DNA of 64,000 nt, taken from contig NC_042998.1 in NCBI RefSeq assembly GCF_006345805.1, positions 16,182,001-16,246,000 of the forward strand. The letters run 5' to 3'. Both the position numbers and the translations under genes were made by a program. Positions within the stretch are counted from its first letter, which is position 1. Each line of letters opens with the position of its first letter. The notes beneath the pieces were generated by a model. The model did no database searches, was not told the origin of the DNA, and saw nothing but the letters and a program-made list of their open reading frames with translations. This document shows, piece after piece, positions 54,021-64,000 of the stretch. The stretch is from Octopus sinensis (taxonomy: Eukaryota).

Positions 54021-55357
54021 GTAAGTGCAGAAAACATTTCTACATACTAATATTGCCAGATATATTTTAGGAGTTGAAATGCCATGGGTTGTATTAATTC
54101 ATGTCAGAATATCCTTCACATAGCTATCTTTTATAATTTACACCGTAGGAACTGTTGATAGCCATTCTAGTATATTAAGCGGTGTTGACATGCATTTATT
54201 TGCAAACGCAAATTCTCTCTGTTCTGTTGCACTTTTCAGTCCGCAAATGTTCATAAGTACCAGAAAAATTATCCAAATTAATTTTCATCGTTGCTATTCA
54301 TATAATTCTTATCAATAACTATATTATCTATAGACGTAAATAACTATTAATCAGTGACACTTCGTTTTGGGACGCTATAAATTTGTGTTCAGTGGGATTT
54401 TACGTGCAACAGATGAAAAAAAAAAGTCTATATTTGTCTTAGTGTATACCAATCACTACCAATCAGAGCAGAACCATGAGAAAATATAAGCATTGTTGAA
54501 TGTTCATTTGTAAGACGTAATATATGAAGACGTAACCAAATTTGCTTTATTGCCAAAAATTTATATAGTACAAAGGCTATTTCTAAAATATCAGGATTTT
54601 TCTAGCTAAATAAATTTGTGATTGGATAAAAGAATAATTTCGAAAACAAGTGTTGGCTGAGCGGTGAAATTTTGTTTTACCGATGCTCGATAGTAAATAA
54701 TCTATATATATAAGACGATCTGATGTTTGAAAACGACGTTGTTTTGGCACAATAGGATACGAATACCCAATCAACAATGTTCAACACGCTCACAGTAATA
54801 GAATATACTTCTTGAGAAACTAAAGCAAACTAATCATGAAAACATGAATAGCAAGTGACAAATATCATCAGTAACCTTTGTAATTAACGATTACATCTCG
54901 GGATGCAGACGATGTTTTTTGTAGAAGATTTTTTTCAAATTTAAATCTATCTTTATTTGAACAACATCTTTTTTGCTCGTGTGGCTGCAAATTCAAGAAA
55001 TGTTCGAGATTATTGATTTCGCAGCCACACCAGTTTTTTCACTGTCAACTTCGTACATCGTTGGTGCAGCGGCACTCACATTTGCCTAGCATTTGTTTTT
55101 GTTTTAAAAAGATAATTCATACTTAGACGTTTATCATATAAAATCAATACGTACAGACGTATGGAAATTTCGACATTCAAATATGCTACATAGCATGACA
55201 CAAAATCAAAGTCACATGAGCAAAAAATTTTCCTTGAAGTAAACTAGTAAACGATATTCGTATAACAATAGAAACTTAGAAATCTATGCTTCCCTAGCAA
55301 TATTTATATATGCGAATAATATGCACACACACACACACATGTATATATATATATATT

Positions 55358-55391
<34 letters not shown>

Positions 55392-56109
55392 ATATATATT
55401 TACTCTCATGCGCACGTAAAAGTATGCGTGTATGACTATGACACAACAATAGTCCAGATAAGTTCACTGCATAAATTGTCGATGAACTGTTTTTTAATGA
55501 CTAAAATAGGATAAACATATTTTGTTTGAAATATGTGTATACAGGATTCTCGAAACTTTGGGGTATTTTGTAAAAAAAAGTATGGGCAGACTCACAGACA
55601 GACGCACACATTCATGCATATATACATAAATATAGACATACGTATATGCATACATATAAGTATATATGTGTGTCTGTGTTTATCTATACATATAGGCATC
55701 CTCATCATCATCATCACCATCATCATCTCGCTGTCTCTCACTCTCTGCGTATATATATATATATATATATAGCAAGGGAGAGAGAAAAAATTATCACAAG
55801 GATGATGATAATCTGTATTATATGTGTGTATGTGTGTGTGTGAGTGTGTGTGTGTGGTGTGTGTGTGTGTGGTGTGTGTGTGTGTGAGTGTTAGTTCGCG
55901 AATTATTTTATTTTGTCTCCCCGGCGTTTATATGTTCGTTTCCATAATGTTCATACGTTCCAAAAAGCTGTTATTTAGTATTATAAAAAAAAACAGGATT
56001 TGTCGTCTTTGATTCAGAGCGTTCAGCCATAGTTTTAGGGGTGCAGGATTCAATTGCCTGTGGAGGCCTGTTAGCCACATATTTTCTCTTTTCTAAATAG
56101 GATACTTAC

Positions 56110-56155
56110 CCAATTGTTTAAGCTGTCCTAGCAATCTTCTTCCATTCGTGAATTC
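56110..56155 (-). CDS. Candidate 46-nt minus-strand exon (EFTNGRRLLGQLKQL)
   Basis: Acceptor ctgtctatctctacAG and donor TGG|GTAAGT. One frame is open; no partner exons were found. Confidence 0.22.
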
Positions 56156-56504
56156 CTGTAGAGATAGACAGTGATAAAGATAGTCTTGTAAAAGTAGGTG
56201 GAAGGTAATTATTATTTATGGAGCACGTCTGATACATATAAATGTATAATGTAATCCAAATACGCCATTCATATATTTCTATATGCAAATTGCCATCTAA
56301 GTACACTTCTTAAAATCACGTTTTTGCATCGTAAATTTTTATTGCAATAACTGCTCAACGAATAAAATTTTATAGCCGGCTACCTGCACCGGGTTTTCAT
56401 AACCTGGGTGAAGAAATGTGAGCTTAATTATGGGATTTATCGCAGAAATAATTGGTGACTATCAACATGGTACTTGCGTAACTGTTCTTCGACATATGCA
56501 ACCA

Positions 56505-56700
56505 TACACGTACACACCCATTGTTAAACAAAGGAGAATTATCTTGGAAATCTCCTGGAAATTTGAACAAGCAGTCGTAGTTCAAAGAAAGTTTTGGAGG
56601 GATTTTCAAACGTATTTACTTGAGCAATTGGAAATCAATTTAAATCAGATGGAACTATGTGGCAGAGCCAAATAAAAATTTTCGGAAGACTGTAGATATC
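56505..56700 (+). pseudogene. Tc1/mariner-type transposase N-terminal (DUF4817-like) relic
   Basis: IVKQRRIILEISWKFEQAVVVQRKFWRDFQT resembles the Y.K.EN...VQR.FR..F helix-turn-helix start. Confidence 0.45.
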
Positions 56701-56949
56701 GAAGCGTCATGAAATAGTACTACAAATGTCGTACTATATTTCAAGAAAATGCTTGCATCAAGTAAATTTCAAATTCATTGACACTGAGTTAACTCACCAT
56801 ACAGAAATTGCCTGGAGAATCGGATCGTCTTCTATTCTGAACATATAACCGCCCTTTCTTATTACACGCTATATTTGTACCTGGTACCGCAACTGCATTT
56901 GAGGATTTCATCTTAACTTACATTTATTATCAGAATTCGGGATACAGTG

Positions 56950-57450
56950 AAGGCACGGTGAATTCGTTTTCGTCTTTTCATATCTCCCAACAGAATCAAT
57001 TTTCTCTTGCATATGGTAAGGATGTTAAAGCAAACGTATTGCAGTACTGCAACTCAAATTTCATCTGGGGTTTATAAATGTTTTACCAATTTGTTTCATT
57101 GAAAAACTCCATCAAAGTATCTACCATATTTACCGTATTGACGATGGACACTATATTTTCCATAACCGACAGTTTTTCTTCATATACAAAACTGTTTAGT
57201 TTAGAGTAACCTTTTCCTGGTGGAGATTGTTAGATTCCGATTGCCTCTTCAGTATGACTGTTAAGCCCATTGCACTGCAAGATGCCATGATGGAATCAAA
57301 ATATCAAAATCTGGGTATTAGTGTTGAGCATAGCTTTGTTATGACAGAAAATCCTGTTTTATTCAACATCTTGCTCGTTGTCGAATGCAATATGAATTCC
57401 ATGAAACTAGCCTTCAAAGCCATTACGAAAGCCACAGCAAATTTCAGTGC
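56950..57450 (-). pseudogene. Possible very old LINE RT relic (CR1/L2/Jockey-like)
   Basis: Only faint motif similarity, near a putative F.D..KAFD...L..KL region. Confidence 0.25.
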
Positions 57451-58419
57451 GTAATGAGTAGACTCTAGTATGTCTCATTGCTTAAGTACTATTTTCAAAA
57501 TATATTGTTGGGAGTAAAATCTAGATTGAATCTCATCTAATTCATTCTTCCACTAAGCATATTCAATATCACAAAAACGATGTTTTACTGTAAAGCTTTC
57601 ATTCTTATATGCTTTCTCTCTAATGCAGGACACTTGCAATCTTTACATTTTTTTTCATTTAATAATGTCTGGACTTTCTCATTATTTTCATGAAGACCGT
57701 CGTCTTCTCCGTATTTTCTTTTCCGTAAACAAAGAACTATCGTTTGTAAACGCCATAGAAAGACGTTTTTTACAGTTCTCAAGTGTCTTTGAATTGAATA
57801 TTGCATTTTCTCTTCAACTACTCCTCATTAATAGCATTATCATTCAGGGGAGTCCGATATAATTCTTTTAGCCACAGTATTAGTATTTACATTTGTTACA
57901 TTTAATTTAAAAACCAACTTTGCACAAGCAAACAGATTGCCAGTCCAGTATTCAGCTTCCAACGTGACGCAGAAACTGCACACATCACAGATATCATGAG
58001 TCAAGCTCACCGATATGACACTGATTCGAGCGTGGATGCATCGATAATTCATATTTACCCTCTGCTGGTACATGATATTCACTATTCACAAACTCCACTT
58101 TTGAAATAATAGCAGCGATAATAATCCATTAATATTTCACTTTTCCATTCCGTAGTCTCTCAGCCTCAAAATGTGAGTCAACAAGTATGACAACTTAATC
58201 AACATAAAGAATCTTTCGGCTCCACACATCCAGGTAAAGAATTAATTTGAAAAAATATTTATATGCATCGTATAAAAATATTTACATGCTCTGCCTTGCA
58301 AAATAAATGGAGTTTTGTCAGTTTCTTTTGGGAAGCAATTATTTTACCAAACCCAAATATAACAGGGTTGTTTCTGATAGCAATGAAATTTTATTGTGAA
58401 TATTCACTTAACACAAGGC

Positions 58420-58600
58420 GGCACACTGGTAGTATTGTTAGCATATCTTAGTGGAATTTCGTCCATTTGTATGCTTTGAGCTCAAATTCTGCTGAGGACG
58501 ACACTGCCTTTCATTTTCTTGGTGTCTGTTAAATAGTACTAGGGTTGATATAATCGACTTACATCCTACATTGAAATTGTTGGTCTTCACCAAACTCTGA
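58420..58600 (+). mobile_element. Degraded SINE family 3
   Basis: GAGCTCAAATTCTGCTGAGG...TGCCTTTCAT. Confidence 0.7.
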
Positions 58601-58656
58601 AGCCAATATTCACTGAACACGCGCATACACACGCACATACACACACAAAGTCACGC

Positions 58657-58694
<38 letters not shown>

Positions 58695-59483
58695 GCAGAT
58701 ATAAACAGAGGATACAAACGTAACTGAACAATTAAGAATTTCGTTTCACTGTTAAGCGCTTGCATTTGTATGTTTTTATTTCTTTTAAAAACCAAAACCC
58801 CAGTTTGGCCGAAGTCTGTTAAAACACCCGAGTAGCCGGTTCTTTGACGGATAGATTACACGATTATTACATATAACCAGCGAATTAAAAAGAATGTGTT
58901 GCAAATATATATATATATATATATATAAAAATATATATATAACACATCCTACAGGCGTAACAAAATATATTAACGCCAACTTTTGAGTAAGTATTATTGT
59001 CGACAGAACACTTGTACTTCGAATGTGTATCCGTATAATAAAACAGGCATACGCGTATGCACATGATTTTATGTGTAAGTATATTCCATTTCAATATATA
59101 TAAATATCAGTATATTCACATAAAATATTTTCATTGTATCTCTGTACAATTAATACACAAGTTTCACGGCTAACTCAGTTTGACTGAAACACCGAAGTCA
59201 TTCGTCAAACATCAGGTTTCAGATTAGAAACAGTATTTTGTTATTTAAATAGACGTAGGAACAAATATTTGTTCTCAATTGTTATTTAAATTAATATAGT
59301 GAGATGGATTAGCTTATTATTACCTAATATATAAATTTCCGGCATATGAGTTACATAATGTTTTCGTGTATATTCAAACAAAATTTATAAGTACTCAATC
59401 ACACTTTTCTGTCAACATATCATATGCCTAATTTATCAATCAATCTATTTACTTAAATGTGTGTTTTTTCTCTAAGTCTCTCC

Positions 59484-59542
<59 letters not shown>

Positions 59543-60137
59543 ATATATGTATGTATATGTATATACGTATGTATATATAGATTTATATATATATGTATAT
59601 GTATATAAATATATATGCAGATGTACATATAGACATCTTTACATACGTATATATATATATATATATAATATATATATATATATATTTATGGGACTTGATT
59701 ATATATATGTAGAGAAACACACACACACACACGCATACAGGCATCATTGGAATATGTATACAACTATGAATATTTCATATATATATATATATATATATAG
59801 AAGTGCTCGTTTAGGTGTATTTGCCTCTTTGTAAAACTCTGTGCACTGTGTAAAGCCAAAAATTGGAAGATGAATTGCTACTTTGAATTACGGATTTTAT
59901 TATCATTAAGTTTAAAAGCAAGAAATTCTAGCTAGCTATTCTTTCTTGCAATAATTGTACAAATTGTTAAAATTGATTGATTACTGTTTTATATTTACTT
60001 TATTTTACCGTGAAGAAACCGTCTTTCATTAGGATCTGTGAAAAAAATGTATGCATGTATATATGTACATATGTAAATATATATTTTCATGTATGTGCAT
60101 AAATATGTACATGTACATATACATATATATATATGCA

Positions 60138-60308
60138 TGTTGTCTTCCCTTCTCTGGATCTTTCCCTCTCCTATGTTTCCGACAAAGAGCTCCGCTCGAA
60201 ACGTTAAACCCTCCTTCCTTCTTTTCTGAGCGTCCAATAATACTATATTTGTTCCACGTCCTCTCGTTGTTGTGTTTTTTTGTGCTTTCTTGTTTGGATT
60301 AACTTTAT
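60138..60308 (+). mobile_element. Hammerhead-carrying element, family B (motif 60175-60209; core mutated to CCGACAA)
   Basis: gttt CCGACAA A GAGC tcc GCTC GAAA C GTT aaac; ends at (TA)n. Confidence 0.78.
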
Positions 60309-61404
60309 ATATATTAAATACAAGAATGGAAAACATCCTATATATACATGCATAATTTTGGCGCCATAAGTATGTATAAACTGTTACGGAAAGTTGAAAT
60401 AAAGATTTTATGGAATTGTGGATCTCGATGCATACACTGAACTATAAGTAATAGCATATGAGTATTGGTTTGGAAATCCCTTTTCGAAACAGAAAAATGA
60501 TGAGTAACTAATTTAGGAGGAGTAAATAATTAATTCCGATTTACACTCTTCCATCATTTGCATCCATCATGTTGTTCTATTGTTTTTGTTTTAACTTATA
60601 TAGGCCACATGCTCAGGGCATGAAGATCGCCTGTAAACCCTAGGAATGCTATCAAAACCTACTTAGATAACATCTCCAATTTGTGAAACTATTATTAGCT
60701 CATAATTATATACTGTGCACATTAAAATATGTTTATCTCTAACTGGATGAAAAGAGTAAAAATAAACTACACACACTCACACATATACACAACAAGAACA
60801 ACAACAACACGTACGCTACAGCACATAAACTACACGTACACTACAAGACAGAAAAGCATGCACACAAACTACAATATGGTTGAAAATGAAAGTATGAGTA
60901 GAAATTAAATAGGAACACAATGAAAGATACCTCTTTCACAGTATAGATACTTCAACTCTCGTAAAGGTCGAGGCAATATATATCAGTCGAAGCAATATGT
61001 ATCAGTCGGAATACATTATTTTAATGTAACTTAGTATCAAGTACGTTTTTCGCCAGTAGCATCCATGCGACTTAACCATTGCAAAAGTGAATGCGTGTTC
61101 ATCAAATTTGTGAACGGAATCGTAATCTATGTGTAATATTTTGTTTTCGTAATTCTCAAAACATTTCATCAAAATGAGTGGATAGAATACACTTAAAATA
61201 CGTTTCTAATAAACATTGAAAACTCTCAAAAGTCAATATTTTTACTAAATGCTTCAATCGAAAGCTTTAATAACCTTTATATCGAACTGTATCGTGATGA
61301 TATTTACAAAAACTTCATGAAGGAAGAGATAAATAGAATATAATAAATTCAGGGTTTTTAAATAATCTGATATTGCTTAAGCAGCACAAAGATGTAGTCT
61401 TTAC

Positions 61405-61725
61405 ATATGTTTCTTTATTCGCCACACAGGGCTGCACCCGGACGGGACAGATTACAAAGTAGAGCTTTGGGGGAGGGGAGAGAAAAAAAGGGAGGTAGGA
61501 TTTCGATCAAAAGAGATCGTAAAAGAGAGAGAAAAAAACGATCAATAGGAATAGTGTATCACAGAAATGTCATGATGTAAATTGTAAAGGGGGAAGCAGA
61601 TAAGGTTTTTCCGTGGAAGAAAAGTCCACGGAAAAAACCACAGTAACCTCGGTCAATAACGTCAAATGTTAACACATTTGTTTGCAAGTAAGTAACCCCT
61701 GTTTTAAATTTTTCCGGGTTCATAG
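61405..61725 (-). mobile_element. Probable LINE 3' end/UTR with an internal hairpin (61604-61639)
   Basis: The minus strand ends GTGGCGAATAAAGAAA. Inverted repeat GGTTTTTCCGTGGA / TCCACGGAAAAAACC. Confidence 0.45.
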
Positions 61726-62285
61726 GATTATAGATAGATACATAGATATACACATACATATATATATATATATATACATACTTATATACTTACATGCATT
61801 CATACACACATACACACATATATATATAATGCATGAGATCGATTTCTTCGAATATTGGTAATGCTCCAGTATGGCCGCAGTCAAATGATTGAAACTTGTA
61901 AAAGAATGAAAGACTATACAAGTATATATAGACATGGACAGAACGAATATTGCATAACGTGTTATGTGTTGAAATATATTTATTGAATATTAGAACCCGG
62001 AAAATGAAACAGTACATTAAAAATACATTTTATTAAAACAGAACTTTTATATAAATTGTATCCTCTGTGTATTCAGTGCTATAACTACAATGTGTGTTAT
62101 GGACACTATTCGGAGCTCCTCACTTCCGAATTAGAAGGAACGTAGCTAAATTTGAGAACATTGAATGCATTGATCGCAATAAATATACTTGTTATGAGAA
62201 ATAGGAGATTTACGACACGTCAAATGGTCACTCGCTCAATAAGCGAACATCATTTACAAAGCAGTTAAATATCGTCATTGTTTAG

Positions 62286-62351
62286 GACAAATGCCTGTAG
62301 CATGCGAAAGTGAACGTCAGAATTATTGCTGTTCTTTGTTATCAAGGTGTG
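62286..62351 (+). CDS. Candidate 66-nt phase 1-1 Cys-rich exon (GQMPVACESERQNYCCSLLSRCG)
   Basis: Acceptor cattgtttAG, donor TG|GTATTT, and C-x7-CCS-x4-CG spacing. Confidence 0.25.
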
Positions 62352-64000
62352 GTATTTGGTAGTTGAACAGAAAGCGGAGAAAAGCTATTATTAACTGATA
62401 GGTTCAGCGGTAACTTTGGTAGATATGCAGGAATGTATCGCAATAATTCGTAGAAATTATAGATAAATTTCGTATGTATTGTATTATATGACAATGACAG
62501 AACTATGAGAAGAATGCAAAACTTATAATTTCTGAAGACAAAGTACTTTGTTCTTTCATGTGTAGCAATTATGTGTGAAAATACTGGATAAGAACAAAGT
62601 AGAATAGAACGCGTTTACTTCTAATAGAGACATAACAAACAGTTTTTCTTTGGGAAGGAAAAGGTGGATATTATATGCCCCATATAAATATTCACAAAGA
62701 AAATTAAATGTGTGCAGGTACTATAGACTACTCAACACTGATTAGTAGGTTTCAATGGAATAGTATATTGAGAATTAGAAAATAAAACTGAATAACTTCA
62801 AAGTAATACCTTGAGACATTCGTTCGGCCGATTTGCGGGCCGCAATAACAGAACTTCCAAATAGAAGGAATTAAATTTTAAAGTAGAAAAATGCAATCTA
62901 TAGCAATCATATAAACCTAGGTAGTATTGGCACACATATCATTTTGATGAACCAGCTAGGGGTCACCTTTTTATGACCAGTATATATTGGAAGTATATGT
63001 CCCAAAATATAAGCGGAAGAGAATAAATAAGTACATCATTGTTCAGAAAAAAATTAAAAGATCCTGAGTTATGTATCATCATTAAATGAGCAAAATATAA
63101 TCATTGATCATATCAAAATAAATTTCTGGGATTTTAAACTTATGGAAAACCTTCTCCTGTTGTATCGTGTGCAATGCAAAGTTTCACATAATTCAATGGC
63201 ATCTCTCACACTAGTTACGACGAAATGGGATTTGAAATAATTAGAGACGCTGTTCACAGCGGCCCGTTTTCCGTGTTCAACATTGCAAAATTTAGAATAT
63301 AGAATATTCTTATTAATCAAAGCGTATACTCACATAGACACACAGATACACCTGCATACACACGCGCGGGCACACATGCACATATACACTCAGATATATA
63401 TGCACATATATATGTATACAGACTGACGTATGTACGTACAAGTATGAACGTGTGTGTTAGAGAATTAGAGAGAGAGAGAAAAGGAGGGATGAGGGAAAGT
63501 ATACTGTACTAGACTAACAGAGTTGAAGGTAAGTCAAACAGTTGATACAACTACCACATTCTTAAAAAATAAAAGGCATTTTATGAGTAATCGAAGCTCT
63601 TGTGGTCTTCCGTTAAAATTCAGATATAGTATAATTATGTGGAATACTTTCTAGCAGTTTTAAATTTTATCAGTAATAGTATAATTGTGTGGGCATGTGT
63701 ATGTGAGCGTGTCTTTCGAAATATTCGAGATAAAAGATTATAATATATGAGGATATATGCAGACCCCCCTGAATAGTATTGTTTATTATACAGCAACAGA
63801 ATACTAAACGTCATCTCATGAATTTAGTGCACAATATATTGCTTGCACATGTGTCATGACAAACGCATGAAGAAAGCTTGTTAGTGCTATCTGGATATAG
63901 TGACATACGGAATGCATCGAACTTTATCTAAGTCTTCTACCTTCAGAAACCTGTCTACTTAAGTTTTGCTGCCATTAGTGTTGCTTCTTTCCTTCAGGCT

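Overview
Very AT-rich, microsatellite-saturated eukaryotic DNA. Its SINE families and repeat landscape resemble an octopus (coleoid cephalopod) genome; this is an inference and was not confirmed by search. There is no long intact ORF: the ORF track is mostly translated microsatellite or transposon relics. The window holds three or more tRNA-derived SINE families, degraded Helitron Rep/PIF1 pieces plus one complete non-autonomous Helitron, three 5'-truncated R4/Dong-type LINE ends in (AAT)n, an RTE/BovB-like 3' end, mariner and other DNA-transposon relics, and Penelope-like (PLE) RT and linker relics. The main hidden signal is about 12 minimal type I hammerhead ribozyme motifs (CUGANGA, stem II, GAAA, palindromic stem III, NUH) from at least six sequence families. 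They sit in short (TA)n-anchored dispersed elements and in large palindromes or inverted repeats. They show compensatory stem I changes, and one family carries a fixed A6-to-U core variant. A sparse multi-exon plus-strand gene starting with a signal-peptide-like exon at 13605 is possible but only weakly supported.
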